A DNA stretch of 64,000 nucleotides, from sequence record PZ179880.1, one strand, 5' to 3'. The stretch comes from a phage. How positions within the stretch are numbered: position 1 is the stretch's first letter; every line of letters begins with the position of its first letter. A program made the position numbers and the translations under genes. The notes under the pieces were generated by a model. The model was not told the DNA's origin and did not search any database. It worked only from the letters and a program-made list of their open reading frames with translations. Of this stretch, positions 31,150 to 40,379 are shown one piece after another.

Positions 31150-31932
31150 ATGGCAGTAGTTGGAGTTCCTGGCTGGATTGGAAGTTCAGCCGTAAATGAA
31201 ACGGGACAGCGCTGGATGAGTCAAGCGGCTGGTCAATTAAGATTGGGTGTTCCTTGCTGGATGAGTCAATTTGCAGGTCGCTCACGAGAAATTATTCACA
31301 CGCTTGGAGCAGACCATAACTTCAATGGTCAATGGTTCCGAGATAGATGTTTTGAGGCAGGTAGTGCACCTATAGTGTTTAATATCACTGGAGATTTAGT
31401 ATCATATTCTAAAGATGTTCCTTTATTCTTCATGTACGGAGATACACCGAATGAATATGTTCAGTTGAACATACATGGTGTAACGATGTATGGCCGTGGC
31501 GGGAATGGCGGTAGCAATAGTCCTGGCTCAGCTGGGGGTCATTGTATTCAAAATGATATTGGTGGGAGACTAAGAATTAATAATGGCGGAGCTATTGCTG
31601 GCGGCGGTGGCGGTGGCGGCGGCGGGTATTATTCTCCTTTTTCACAAATGAGATTGACCTTTGGCGGTGGCGGCGGTCGTCCGTTTGGCGCACCGGGCGG
31701 ATCTATTGATATGCAATCAGGAGCAACTGCTGGTACTATTTCTTCGCCAGGCGCAGGGTCTGTGAACGGTATCTACAACGGCGGGTCTGGTGGTGAAGTT
31801 GGCTCCGCAGGAGGTAGATGTAATATTCGTGGTCAAGGATATGAATACGATGGCGGAGCTGCTGGTTATGCCGTCATAGGGTCTACACCGACATGGCAAA
31901 ACGTTGGAGCAATATATGGTCCAAGAGTATAA
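31150..31932 (+). CDS. 38: T2-type tail-fibre adhesin gp38 (glycine-rich motifs)
   Basis: 260 aa; poly-Gly blocks [10 protein letters not shown] and [13 protein letters not shown] separated by variable segments. Confidence 0.85.
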   Translation: MAVVGVPGWIGSSAVNETGQRWMSQAAGQLRLGVPCWMSQFAGRSREIIHTLGADHNFNGQWFRDRCFEAGSAPIVFNITGDLVSYSKDVPLFFMYGDTPNEYVQLNIHGVTMYGRGGNGGSNSPGSAGGHCIQNDIGGRLRINNGGAIAGGGGGGGGGYYSPFSQMRLTFGGGGGRPFGAPGGSIDMQSGATAGTISSPGAGSVNGIYNGGSGGEVGSAGGRCNIRGQGYEYDGGAAGYAVIGSTPTWQNVGAIYGPRV

Positions 31933-31962
31933 TTTGAATAAATATCCTTAAAAGGAGGGTCT

Positions 31963-32619
31963 ATGGCAGCACCTAGAATATCATTTTCGCCCTCTGATAT
32001 TCTGTTTGGTGTTCTAGATCGCTTGTTCAAAGATAATGCTACCGGGAAAGTTCTTGCTTCCCGGGTAGCTGTCGTAATTCTTTTGTTTATAATGGCGATT
32101 GTTTGGTATAGGGGAGATAGTTTCTTTGAGTACTATAAGCAATCAAAGTATGAAACATACAGTGAAATTATTGAAAAGGAAAGAAATGCACGCTTTGAAT
32201 CTGTCGCCCTGGAACAACTCCAGATAGTTCATATATCATCTGAGGCAGACTTTAGTGCGGTGTATTCTTTCCGCCCTAAAAACTTAAACTATTTTGTTGA
32301 TATTATAGCATATGAAGGAAAATTACCTTCAACAATAAGCGAAAAATCACTTGGAGGATATCCTGTTGATAAAACTATGGATGAATATACAGTTCATTTA
32401 AATGGACGTCATTATTATTCCGACTCAAAATTTGCTTTTTTACCAACTAAAAAGCCTACTCCCGAAATAAATTACATGTACAGTTGTCCATATTTCAATT
32501 TGGATAATATCTATGCTGGAACAATAACCATGTACTGGTATAGAAATGATCATATAAGTAATGACCGCCTTGAATCAATATGTTCTCAGGCGGCCAGAAT
32601 ATTAGGAAGGGCTAAATAA
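31963..32619 (+). CDS. t: holin T
   Basis: 218 aa; single N-terminal TM (VAVVILLFIMAIVW) plus large periplasmic domain. Confidence 0.9.
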   Translation: MAAPRISFSPSDILFGVLDRLFKDNATGKVLASRVAVVILLFIMAIVWYRGDSFFEYYKQSKYETYSEIIEKERNARFESVALEQLQIVHISSEADFSAVYSFRPKNLNYFVDIIAYEGKLPSTISEKSLGGYPVDKTMDEYTVHLNGRHYYSDSKFAFLPTKKPTPEINYMYSCPYFNLDNIYAGTITMYWYRNDHISNDRLESICSQAARILGRAK

Positions 32620-32892
32620 TTATTTGTTTGTATACATCTCTAGATATCGATATACACCCTCAAAACCCTCGTTGAATTCGTCGATGAGGGTTTTCTTATC
32701 TTCTTGAGTTAATTCAGAAACAATTTTACGGAATGAATTCTGATTTAACTTTCTACCTTCATGCGTTACTCCAATCTCATTCAGAAATGCGATAAAATTA
32801 GCACGATTCTCAACAATATCTTCTCTGGAAAATTTAATCAAAATAGACGCAACAGTAATAATTTCACGAACTGTATCAATGTTTTTATTCAT
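32620..32892 (-). CDS. asiA: anti-sigma-70 factor AsiA
   Basis: 90 aa; sequence matches remembered T4 AsiA (MNKNIDTVREIITVASILIKF...). Confidence 0.9.
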   Translation of the reverse strand: MNKNIDTVREIITVASILIKFSREDIVENRANFIAFLNEIGVTHEGRKLNQNSFRKIVSELTQEDKKTLIDEFNEGFEGVYRYLEMYTNK

Positions 32893-32920
32893 TAACTATA
32901 CCACTCAATTAGTTGACTTT

Positions 32921-32953
32921 ATTATAATATCATCAGACACTTGATTTGTAAAC
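32921..32953 (-). promoter_or_regulatory. early promoter for asiA
   Basis: GTTTAC, 18 bp, TATTATAAT. Confidence 0.5.
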
Positions 32954-33053
32954 TGGTCTGTGTTATTTTCTTCAAAAATTTTTTCTACGAATTCCTTGAA
33001 CGACTCACGTTCCTGAGCTACATTATGCTCGATTACCTTTTCAAGATTATGAC

Positions 33054-33332
33054 TCATTCAAAATAATCTTCAATTTCGTAATCATGGACATAAATCATTA
33101 TAGTTTTTAATACATCATCAATACTTTTTCCTGGAGCTGGAATTACGTAAAAATATCCTGCTTTTGAGAGGTCTTTATAAGTTCCAACCAAGAAATCATT
33201 ATTCTCGAGATGTAGTTCTTCAACTAATTCATTAACAATTGAGTGGTATAAATTTGGTAGAAGCTTATATAGCTTTTCTAGAATATCAATTTTGATTGTA
33301 TATTGAACCACAGATTGAGAATCAATAATCAT
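33054..33332 (-). CDS. arn: anti-restriction nuclease Arn (McrBC inhibitor)
   Basis: 92 aa, acidic; position between asiA and motA. Confidence 0.7.
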   Translation of the reverse strand: MIIDSQSVVQYTIKIDILEKLYKLLPNLYHSIVNELVEELHLENNDFLVGTYKDLSKAGYFYVIPAPGKSIDDVLKTIMIYVHDYEIEDYFE

Positions 33333-33415
33333 AGACCTTCCCCTTATGTTTCTGTTTGCGATTAGATTCTTTAAACGCTTTCTTCTTATCCTTATGGACA
33401 GAAGCTTTATTAAAA

Positions 33416-33634
33416 TTATGTTTTGCGACTAAATTGTTCATAGTGCTGAATTACCTCTCTTAAACATTTGCATGTGAATGAAAACTTTTTAGCTACACCA
33501 CATTCAAATATATGTTCTCTTAAATCACGCGTGTCAGTATATCCCATCTCAACAATAAAATGCCGTATTAGATTTTTATCTTTATCGTTGAGGGAATTAA
33601 AATAATCGGATTTTGAATTAATTTCCCTGGCCAA
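33416..33634 (-). CDS. hypothetical Cys-containing small protein (72 aa)
   Basis: ORF (arn.x slot). Confidence 0.4.
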   Translation of the reverse strand: MAREINSKSDYFNSLNDKDKNLIRHFIVEMGYTDTRDLREHIFECGVAKKFSFTCKCLREVIQHYEQFSRKT

Positions 33635-33914
33635 ATTGAATCACCTTCAGTTGACGTTTTAGTTCTTTTATCATTTCTTCGTTCATCGCAATATAAAGAT
33701 CACGTAAAGCAGGTTTTAGCATTCCATTTATTGGGGAACTAAATGGACATACATAATCTTTTCCTACGAGCTTTTTAGTTAATTCCATATCGCAAAACTG
33801 AAATGCAGGTTCATTAGCATAAATTCCCCAATTAGTTGACATCATTTTATTGGCATATTCCAACGCCTGGATTTGATTAGTAATTCCATCAATTTGAAAC
33901 TTTTTAATATTCAT
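33618..33914 (-). CDS. hypothetical protein (98 aa)
   Basis: ORF. Confidence 0.4.
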   Translation of the reverse strand: MNIKKFQIDGITNQIQALEYANKMMSTNWGIYANEPAFQFCDMELTKKLVGKDYVCPFSSPINGMLKPALRDLYIAMNEEMIKELKRQLKVIQFGQGN

Positions 33915-34375
33915 TAGTAAAGGTCCTCAGAGTAAAGTTCTTTTTCACTACCACCACGTTCAATACGTACTTGTCCAGCGTAAGTTGCAATAATCATTGC
34001 TTCTTCACGTGTCCAATAATTACTATATTGGTCAATAAACCCTTGATCATCATCACAAACTTGCTGAGTAACTAATTGAGGTTTAACTACATCTAAAACT
34101 TCTGCCATATCTTTAGAATAATGACGAGCACCCGGAATAATAAGAGTTCGTCCATCTTTTAATTTAAAACGGTTGGCTGCGCAAACAATTCGTCGTTGAT
34201 ACTTTTGGTTTTCGTCCCAATATGCGGTCTGCCAACAGATTTCAGGAACTTCTTTTAGAATATCTTCTTCTGTGCATTTATAACCATGTGCTTTAAATTT
34301 TTCAACAAGACTTTCTGGAGTTTCACGAGATAAAGGAACATTCAACATTTTTAAACGATTAATAAATGGATTCAT
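33914..34375 (-). CDS. hypothetical protein (153 aa)
   Basis: ORF. Confidence 0.45.
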   Translation of the reverse strand: MNPFINRLKMLNVPLSRETPESLVEKFKAHGYKCTEEDILKEVPEICWQTAYWDENQKYQRRIVCAANRFKLKDGRTLIIPGARHYSKDMAEVLDVVKPQLVTQQVCDDDQGFIDQYSNYWTREEAMIIATYAGQVRIERGGSEKELYSEDLY

Positions 34376-34701
34376 TTAAACCATCCTTTAATACGCTGCC
34401 ACAAAGTTTTCTGCTGAGCTTTGTTAACACCAATTGAGCGAATAACTGGTTGAGATTCCTGGAATTCTTTATAATCAGCAAGGTAAATTTCGTAAGCTGA
34501 ATCTGTAAAGGAACTTATAGCTGCCATGAAATTATTGCGAATACCTACTGGAGCATCTTTACTTTCACGAATAATCATGTATTTACCAGTCTTAATCTTT
34601 ACAATAGTTCCAAGATAAGCTCCGTGGTACCAGATGTCCCATCCCTCTTGAGTGGGTTCTGCACAACGACGAAGTTCATTGATAATTTCTAACTTGTTCA
34701 T
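34372..34701 (-). CDS. hypothetical protein (109 aa)
   Basis: ORF, ATGA overlap. Confidence 0.45.
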   Translation of the reverse strand: MNKLEIINELRRCAEPTQEGWDIWYHGAYLGTIVKIKTGKYMIIRESKDAPVGIRNNFMAAISSFTDSAYEIYLADYKEFQESQPVIRSIGVNKAQQKTLWQRIKGWFK

Positions 34702-34711
34702 TATTTATTCC

Positions 34712-35347
34712 TCATAGTTCAGATGCTACGGTGATTACAGCTTCAATGTTTTCTGCTGAGCGTTTAATGTCAAGATACACATTACCGTTTTTAGCGATTT
34801 TACATGACATTCCGATATCAATAAATTTCTGAATATGATGTTCCATCATTTTGTATCCAAAAATTCGCATATTTCCATTGTTGTTAATTTCAAAATTACG
34901 AATTCCGTGAGTGCGTTTTTCTAAAATAGCGAGATAGTTACTACGATAAGTTTCAACCTTTTTAAGAACAAATCCATTTTCATCTAAAAGTTTTAACATA
35001 AAGTCTTTATCTTCTTCCATATCAGAAGTAATCTCGCGAGCTTTACGAGTTGCTCGTTTTTTCAGCAGTTCAGGAGCGTTTTCCTGTGCGTATAAAGTTG
35101 CTGCATTTGAAATAATATCCTGAGCTTCACCAGTAATGATTAATCCATCACCAGATTTCTCTACTAGGCCTTTTTTAATCAATACCCCAATATTACTATT
35201 AACTACTGCATTACCTAAATCTGGATGCACCTCACGAACTTCTGCAGCTGCAATGAAATCTTTCTTAGCAATGGTAATTAAAATCGCAGCAGTTTTTTCA
35301 TTCAGAACATCGTTAGAAGCTTTGATGATGTAAGTTACTTTAGACAT
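34712..35347 (-). CDS. motA: middle-transcription activator MotA
   Basis: 211 aa; sequence matches remembered T4 MotA N-terminus; early promoter and terminator upstream. Confidence 0.9.
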   Translation of the reverse strand: MSKVTYIIKASNDVLNEKTAAILITIAKKDFIAAAEVREVHPDLGNAVVNSNIGVLIKKGLVEKSGDGLIITGEAQDIISNAATLYAQENAPELLKKRATRKAREITSDMEEDKDFMLKLLDENGFVLKKVETYRSNYLAILEKRTHGIRNFEINNNGNMRIFGYKMMEHHIQKFIDIGMSCKIAKNGNVYLDIKRSAENIEAVITVASEL

Positions 35348-35379
35348 TTTCTAATCTCCGTAATTCTGTATCAGTAGTT

Positions 35380-35418
35380 GATAGTTGTATAGTACCACAG
35401 TATGCTTTGGTTGTAAAC
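35380..35418 (-). promoter_or_regulatory. early promoter cassette (PeSL-type), copy B, for motA
   Basis: GTTTAC -35, TGGTACTAT -10, conserved leader; A/T-rich UP region and terminator immediately upstream. Confidence 0.55.
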
Positions 35419-35442
35419 CGTTTTGTGAAAAAAATTTTGAAA

Positions 35443-35469
35443 TAAAAAAGGGAGAGCCGAGGCTCTCCC
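35443..35469 (-). terminator. intrinsic terminator downstream of gene 52 / small membrane ORF
   Basis: 9-bp stem GGGAGAGCC/GGCUCUCCC followed by UUUUUUAUUU. Confidence 0.7.
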
Positions 35470-35477
35470 TAAAATTA

Positions 35478-35624
35478 CTACATGACTGTGATAACTGTCA
35501 TGATAACACGTTGAATTCCGAACGCAAGAAGACCTCCTGCTACGGCAGGAACAACACCTAAACCCGCCAGTAAAATGCTACCGGATACTAATGCAGCGCT
35601 TGTAATACCTATGAATGGACTCAT
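35478..35624 (-). CDS. small hydrophobic membrane peptide (48 aa)
   Basis: Not in ORF track (<60 aa); ATGA overlap with gene 52 stop; Gly/Ala/Val-rich TM sequence; terminator directly downstream. Confidence 0.45.
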   Translation of the reverse strand: MSPFIGITSAALVSGSILLAGLGVVPAVAGGLLAFGIQRVIMTVITVM

Positions 35625-36949
35625 TTGATTTCCTCTAAATCTTTGGTGTATTCTGTAACTACATCAGTAGTTTTCCAATATTCGTTTTCTTCTTTTTTAG
35701 CTTTAGCTTCTTCAGCAAGTTTCTTTGCTTCGTCGGAAGTCATATGAAAAATGTTCATTCCAACTAGTTTATCAACATAAGAAGAATACATCTCAATTTT
35801 AGAAAGTTCTTCGGTCAGTTCTTTACGAGTTTTACCCTGCACCACAATTTCACCTGAAATTACTTTCTTAATGAAATGTGCCTTGGCAAAGGCTAGACGA
35901 AATGCTGATTCAGTTTCTTTGATTTTGTTATCAATTCGTTTTTGGACATAAGTTTTACGAACTTCAACGAAGTCTTTGATTAAATCAACTACGTTGTCGT
36001 AAACTTGCAGCTTTCCTTTCTCATTAATAACGGTAATATTCTGGGAACGACGCTCAATCAACCCGAAGTCTTTCATAATTTTCGCGTGACGTTCTTCTTC
36101 GTTATCGCTCAAAGAGTATTCTTTGCGGAATTTAACTTTAAAGCCAAAGCCATGCTCACCACAAGCATCATCCCATGTAATGAAGCCTTTATCTTCAAGC
36201 GGGTCTAAGATTTTACTCACATAAGTTTCACGATCATACTTATATGGAATCTCAGTGATATGCATTTGGGTTCGTGAAGTAAACTTGTACGTTCCACGAA
36301 TTTCATATTGGCCATCAATTTCAACGACTTCACCACGAAATTCTGGGAATTCTACCTTCGGTTTAGTTACTTTCTTTCCTTGAAGAGCTTGTAGTACAGC
36401 TTTCTTGACAGAAGAAACACTATGAGGAAGAATGTAAGTTGCATAACCAGTTGCAATACCGGAAACACCATTAAGAAGAACAGTAGGAATAATAGGCAAA
36501 TAGAAAGCAGGAGGAATGTGTTCTTTATCTTGATGTACCGGAGCATATTCAGTATCTTTATATACGTTATAGAAATTTTTACTTACACGAGCAAAAATAT
36601 AACGACTTGCCGCTGCTTTTTGAACAGTACGAGAACCAAAGTTTCCTTGACCATCTAACAAAGGAAAGTTATTATTCCAAGTGTTAGCCATCAAAGCCCC
36701 CGCATCTTGTGCGGAGTTTTCGCCATGATGATATCCAAGGTCAGCTACACCACCTGCAATAGAAGCGAGTTTGTGAAACTTATCTTTATTTCCCCGTGCC
36801 AAATCAAGAGCTCGAGCGATAACAAATCGTTGAACTGGCTTAAATCCATCAATCATATTTGGAATAGCACGATTTTCAACCGTGTACATAGCATAAGCCA
36901 ATGCTTCATTATCAATGATACTTTTTAAATCACGATTATTCAGTTGCAT
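35621..36949 (-). CDS. 52: DNA topoisomerase II medium subunit gp52
   Basis: 442 aa; GyrA/ParC-like N-terminus with DNA-breakage region. Confidence 0.95.
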   Translation of the reverse strand: MQLNNRDLKSIIDNEALAYAMYTVENRAIPNMIDGFKPVQRFVIARALDLARGNKDKFHKLASIAGGVADLGYHHGENSAQDAGALMANTWNNNFPLLDGQGNFGSRTVQKAAASRYIFARVSKNFYNVYKDTEYAPVHQDKEHIPPAFYLPIIPTVLLNGVSGIATGYATYILPHSVSSVKKAVLQALQGKKVTKPKVEFPEFRGEVVEIDGQYEIRGTYKFTSRTQMHITEIPYKYDRETYVSKILDPLEDKGFITWDDACGEHGFGFKVKFRKEYSLSDNEEERHAKIMKDFGLIERRSQNITVINEKGKLQVYDNVVDLIKDFVEVRKTYVQKRIDNKIKETESAFRLAFAKAHFIKKVISGEIVVQGKTRKELTEELSKIEMYSSYVDKLVGMNIFHMTSDEAKKLAEEAKAKKEENEYWKTTDVVTEYTKDLEEIK

Positions 36950-36953
36950 AAAT

Positions 36954-37094
36954 TTACCATACTAGTGAATGTAGTGCCATAATAACATCAGAAATGAAAA
37001 GCACGACTTGAATTAATCCGAACATTACTCCATAATATAGCGCTATCAATAAAATAGCAAGGGCTACCGAGTAGCCCAAGATTTTCTTAATCAT
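36954..37094 (-). CDS. small hydrophobic peptide (46 aa, 52.1 slot)
   Basis: Hand-translated MIKKILGYSVALAILLIALYYGVMFGLIQVVLFISDVIMALHSLVW. Confidence 0.45.
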   Translation of the reverse strand: MIKKILGYSVALAILLIALYYGVMFGLIQVVLFISDVIMALHSLVW

Positions 37095-37245
37095 TAGTAG
37101 ATAACAACACAAATGTTAAATATGCACACATACCCTGGGCTAAAGCTTGTGAAAACACACTGCTAGCATCGATACAGATAGTTAAAACACATGCTACTAT
37201 CCAACAAATAAATGAAATAACTCCTAATAATTTTGCAATATTCAT
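37087..37245 (-). CDS. ac: small membrane protein Ac (acriflavine sensitivity)
   Basis: 52-aa hydrophobic ORF between stp and gene 52, as in T4. Confidence 0.55.
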   Translation of the reverse strand: MNIAKLLGVISFICWIVACVLTICIDASSVFSQALAQGMCAYLTFVLLSTND

Positions 37246-37252
37246 ATTTTCC

Positions 37253-37333
37253 TCACTGGCGTCCGAAGACGCCTTTAGTTTTAAGATTGTTACGATAGAA
37301 CTGCATCACGTGTTCGTTATGGAAATTACTCAT
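37253..37333 (-). CDS. stp: Stp peptide (activator of host PrrC anticodon nuclease / restriction alleviation)
   Basis: Hand-translated 26 aa [26 protein letters not shown], matching remembered T4 Stp. Confidence 0.8.
37262..37277 (-). other. UUCG-tetraloop hairpin within stp 3' coding region
   Basis: GGCGUC-UUCG-GACGCC encoding GVFGR, 6 nt before ac SD. Confidence 0.45.
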
Positions 37334-37788
37334 TAATATGCCTGCAAAACAAATTTAAAGTTATCAGCCAACATACGGTTCATTTCTTCAAGTGTTTGAT
37401 ACTCAGAATGATGATTACGAGTAAACGCTAAAGCTAACTGACCTTTTCCAAATCCCGTCGTCAGAGGTTTCATCTTAGAAGCAGGTAGATAAAATACTGT
37501 GTATGGAACATTGTTATTTGCAATAGTACGCGCGAGCTGGGACCGACGCTGACGAATATGACTTAGAACTGCACTGAATCCTTGCTTAGAACGCTGATTA
37601 CCTACATAAAATCGCGCAGATACACACGGACTATCAAATGGACCACCAAATTTACTCACTAAAAAGTAAAATCCAGGGTTAGATAAAATATCTTTATGCG
37701 GAGTTCCCAAAAACCACTCACCACCCTTGATTGTACCAATAACAGTAGCGCCTGCATTATTCAGATCAGTAACAGTCATGTATTTCAT
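37333..37788 (-). CDS. ndd: nucleoid disruption protein Ndd
   Basis: 151 aa from MKYMTVTDL (ORF track adds 16 codons); position upstream of stp. Confidence 0.7.
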
Positions 37789-37848
37789 ATTAATTTCCTC
37801 TAAATTATTTTCTACTCCAAGGCCACATGAATACACGCGGCCATTAAA

Positions 37849-38064
37849 TTAATCGTCGCAGTCGACGCTCAATTCCCAAAACTCTTCTACGGTATAAGTT
37901 TCAGTATCATTTTCAATACAGAAACGTTCATTACTGTTATTTGCTAAAGTAGCATTAACTGTCATTTTTTCGCTAGTGCTCTTAAGAGGTGAAATACGAA
38001 TTAACTGATCACCATTATCTAAACAGAAAATTTCACCAACTTTTACATCTTTAAAAATTTTCAT
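37849..38064 (-). CDS. hypothetical protein (71 aa)
   Basis: ORF. Confidence 0.4.
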   Translation of the reverse strand: MKIFKDVKVGEIFCLDNGDQLIRISPLKSTSEKMTVNATLANNSNERFCIENDTETYTVEEFWELSVDCDD

Positions 38065-38072
38065 AATTCACC

Positions 38073-38180
38073 TCAGGGAGTATAAAATCCAAATGCAGTT
38101 GTTGACCATCCCATCCAATATGGGATATTTGCGCCAATGTAAAATACAAGAATATAAAACCAAATGCTTAGTAAATTCAT
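38073..38180 (-). CDS. small hydrophobic peptide (35 aa)
   Basis: Hand-translated MNLLSIWFYILVFYIGANIPYWMGWSTTAFGFYTP; TAATG overlap. Confidence 0.35.
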   Translation of the reverse strand: MNLLSIWFYILVFYIGANIPYWMGWSTTAFGFYTP

Positions 38181-38398
38181 TATTTTACACCATTCCAAAT
38201 TGTTTCAACCACAGATTTCAAACCATTTTGGTGAATATCCATTCCGACAACTGCCATCAAATAGATTCCAACCACAACTGAAACCAAGGCGAAAATCAGC
38301 ATGAAAATGAATAAAGCTGGAAAAATATTATCGAAAAACCATTCCATAAATGTAAAAGCACTGCGTTTACGCTTCATATTTTCCTCACATAAATCCAA
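38180..38398 (-). CDS. small membrane protein (72 aa)
   Basis: Two hydrophobic helices. Confidence 0.45.
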   Translation of the reverse strand: MDLCEENMKRKRSAFTFMEWFFDNIFPALFIFMLIFALVSVVVGIYLMAVVGMDIHQNGLKSVVETIWNGVK

Positions 38399-38498
38399 AG
38401 TAAGCGTTTAATACATCAATCATTAAAACAATTGGGAATATACTCAAAACTACTAGTATTATAACTACATTCCATATAGCTTTAACAATCTTTTTCAT
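38385..38498 (-). CDS. small hydrophobic peptide (37 aa)
   Basis: GGAGGAA SD before ATG at 38496-38498; MKKIVKAIWNVVIILVVLSIF... Confidence 0.35.
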   Translation of the reverse strand: MKKIVKAIWNVVIILVVLSIFPIVLMIDVLNAYFGFM

Positions 38499-38524
38499 TT
38501 TCTGTTCCTCCGTAGTTGATAGGG

Positions 38525-38556
38525 TAATAATACCACAGAGGAACAGTCTTGTAAAC
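38525..38556 (-). promoter_or_regulatory. early promoter
   Basis: GTTTAC, 18 bp, TATTAT preceded by TGG. Confidence 0.45.
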
Positions 38557-38563
38557 AACTTTT

Positions 38564-38662
38564 TTAAAAATATTCGTAATAAATGTGAATGCCAATCACT
38601 ACTGCCGAAACTTGCGCAACCCACCATGCACAAGCAATAAGTACAGAATTCAAAATTTTCAT
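38564..38662 (-). CDS. small hydrophobic peptide (32 aa)
   Basis: Hand-translated MKILNSVLIACAWWVAQVSAVVIGIHIYYEYF. Confidence 0.35.
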   Translation of the reverse strand: MKILNSVLIACAWWVAQVSAVVIGIHIYYEYF

Positions 38663-38741
38663 AATAACCTCATCACAAAAGTAAATGTTAAACAAATTAA
38701 TGGAATACTAATTAACCAAATAAAACACCACCATAATGAAC

Positions 38742-39014
38742 TCATAGTTCAATCTCAGCGATTTTCATTTCATTACTATTAATAGCCGCTTTAAGACTAT
38801 CTGAAAGAATTACATTCCAGTGGTCATTCATATGACCATTAACCAAGCGTGTAATTTCTTCGGGAGTTGAAAAATAAGGCGTATCAGACTCCCAATGCGA
38901 TAGTCCCAAGCGAGTATAAATCATACCTTCATCATCGCTAGAATATTCAACTGACACAAACTCATCAGTTATTTTATGTTTAGCGTAATAAAATTTAAAT
39001 TTCATTTTACTCAA
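38742..39014 (-). CDS. hypothetical protein (90 aa)
   Basis: ORF. Confidence 0.45.
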   Translation of the reverse strand: MSKMKFKFYYAKHKITDEFVSVEYSSDDEGMIYTRLGLSHWESDTPYFSTPEEITRLVNGHMNDHWNVILSDSLKAAINSNEMKIAEIEL

Positions 39015-39217
39015 TAATCCGCTAAAAGATCGACGATTGCATCACGAAGACACTTATTCGCAATACGCTTAAGAGCAATTTCAGTTTCTGGAGCATTTTG
39101 AATAATCATTGAATTCAATTCAGCCTCAGCAAACTGAAGTTCTTTAACTAATTCAGCTTTATATTTTCCTTGCCCTTTCTTAGCTTTTGCTCGTTTTAAT
39201 TCAGCTGTAGTAAACAT
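39011..39217 (-). CDS. hypothetical basic protein (68 aa from MFTTAELKRAK)
   Basis: Early promoter at 39252-39291 lies inside the longer ORF-track version, so the internal start is preferred. Confidence 0.4.
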   Translation of the reverse strand: MFTTAELKRAKAKKGQGKYKAELVKELQFAEAELNSMIIQNAPETEIALKRIANKCLRDAIVDLLADY

Positions 39218-39242
39218 TTTATTCTCCAAATCCGTATCAGTT

Positions 39243-39291
39243 GATAGTTGTATAGTACCACAGTCCTTGTGGTATGTAAACTGTTTTGTGA
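39243..39291 (-). promoter_or_regulatory. early promoter cassette (PeSL-type), copy C
   Basis: GTTTAC, TGGTACTAT, conserved leader CAACTATCAACTGATAC; 7-bp hairpin TACCACA/TGTGGTA. Confidence 0.5.
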
Positions 39292-39297
39292 AAATTT

Positions 39298-39855
39298 TTA
39301 AATGGAAAGATACCATCCGTTGTAGTTGCTTTTTCTTACAACCTTACGAAGGTCTTCTCTATCACCGATGAACTTCGGAGTGTACTGGATGACACCTGGA
39401 TGAATTTCTTTAGTGTTGAATATAATTATACAGTCAGCGACTTGATGATTTAGAATGGGCCCTAGATTTATTCCAGAACCGTATGGATACTCTCCGCTGC
39501 ATCCGGTTGTTACCGAAATCCAACGTGAGTCAGTTTGATGTGTTTTGACTTCTACACGAAGCCCGCAGTATTTTGGATGCGCCAGTACATCCCACGCATA
39601 TGTATACGGGTCATTAACATCCTCTTGGCCTTTGTTAACGTACCCGCTTAGCCAATCTGCTACAAAAAATTCTGCGTACACAGCGATACGACATCTTTCA
39701 ATAACTTCTGCTTTATCCTGATTAGGATTTTGTTTTAAAGAGTATCTTGCTGTATCAGCAATTTTGACCTTCATTTCACTAGTCAAATCATTGTTCGATA
39801 GGGTAAATGTCGGAATCTGAAATAGTCTCTGTAAACCCGGATTCGTTTTCTGCAT
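39298..39855 (-). CDS. denB: endonuclease IV (cytosine-DNA specific)
   Basis: 185 aa; synteny rIIB-denB-ndd. Confidence 0.75.
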   Translation of the reverse strand: MQKTNPGLQRLFQIPTFTLSNNDLTSEMKVKIADTARYSLKQNPNQDKAEVIERCRIAVYAEFFVADWLSGYVNKGQEDVNDPYTYAWDVLAHPKYCGLRVEVKTHQTDSRWISVTTGCSGEYPYGSGINLGPILNHQVADCIIIFNTKEIHPGVIQYTPKFIGDREDLRKVVRKSNYNGWYLSI

Positions 39856-40117
39856 TTAGACTTTCCTTTTTACCGCTGAGATAAGCGTTATATACTTTAA
39901 GAGTACCATAATAAATTCTGTCATTTTCATCTAAAGACTCACGGTCGAGTTCATCGAGTTCCTTTTTATCCATGACTATAACATCATTACAGTAAAGAAA
40001 CCCAAGTTTTTCGTGACCAAACTCAAATTTATTGCAGTACACAATATTAGCGTGATGATTTCCGTGTAGATTAATCTCTTTTATGTCGGAATCACCGATA
40101 TTCATACAATAAATCAT
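39788..40117 (-). CDS. hypothetical acidic protein (109 aa)
   Basis: ORF, overlaps denB start. Confidence 0.4.
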   Translation of the reverse strand: MIYCMNIGDSDIKEINLHGNHHANIVYCNKFEFGHEKLGFLYCNDVIVMDKKELDELDRESLDENDRIYYGTLKVYNAYLSGKKESLNAENESGFTETISDSDIYPIEQ

Positions 40118-40127
40118 AATTTCCCTT

Positions 40128-40150
40128 AAAACAAAAGGGCCGAAGCCCTT
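40128..40150 (-). terminator. UUCG hairpin flanked by U-runs on both strands
   Basis: AAGGGC-UUCG-GCCCUU then UUUGUUUU on mRNA. Confidence 0.45.
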
Positions 40151-40153
40151 ATT

Positions 40154-40348
40154 TTATTTGAATTGTGCAATTCTTTTCTCTAAACAATCTGCGTAAGATT
40201 TCATTGAGATAAATTGTGAAAGCAACAGTTCTTGTTCAACTTCATTAATCGTTAGAAACTTTGTGCTTTCTAAAAATTTGCTCAGTGCATTAATTTTGAG
40301 CATTAATTGATCGTATTCTTCTTTTACTCGTGCTTGATAACCTAACAT
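40154..40348 (-). CDS. hypothetical protein (64 aa)
   Basis: ORF flanked by two UUCG hairpins. Confidence 0.45.
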   Translation of the reverse strand: MLGYQARVKEEYDQLMLKINALSKFLESTKFLTINEVEQELLLSQFISMKSYADCLEKRIAQFK

Positions 40349-40361
40349 AATTTTCCTTAGT

Positions 40362-40379
40362 TAAGGGCCGAAGCCCTTA
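40362..40379 (-). other. intercistronic UUCG-tetraloop hairpin at rIIB 3' end
   Basis: UAAGGGC-UUCG-GCCCUUA immediately before next gene's SD. Confidence 0.45.

Noticed and set aside
31590-31690. G-rich repeat tract in gene 38 as a possible CRISPR-like or G-quadruplex element
   Set aside because: It is a GGC/GGT codon repeat encoding the glycine-rich adhesin motifs, in frame within a clear ORF; no spacer-repeat periodicity and no runs of three or more G separated appropriately for a quadruplex.
32905-33057. 50-aa minus-strand ORF between arn and asiA (ATGA overlap with arn stop)
   Set aside because: The asiA early promoter (32921-32953) lies inside it and it has no convincing Shine-Dalgarno; kept only as a possibility, not reported as a feature.
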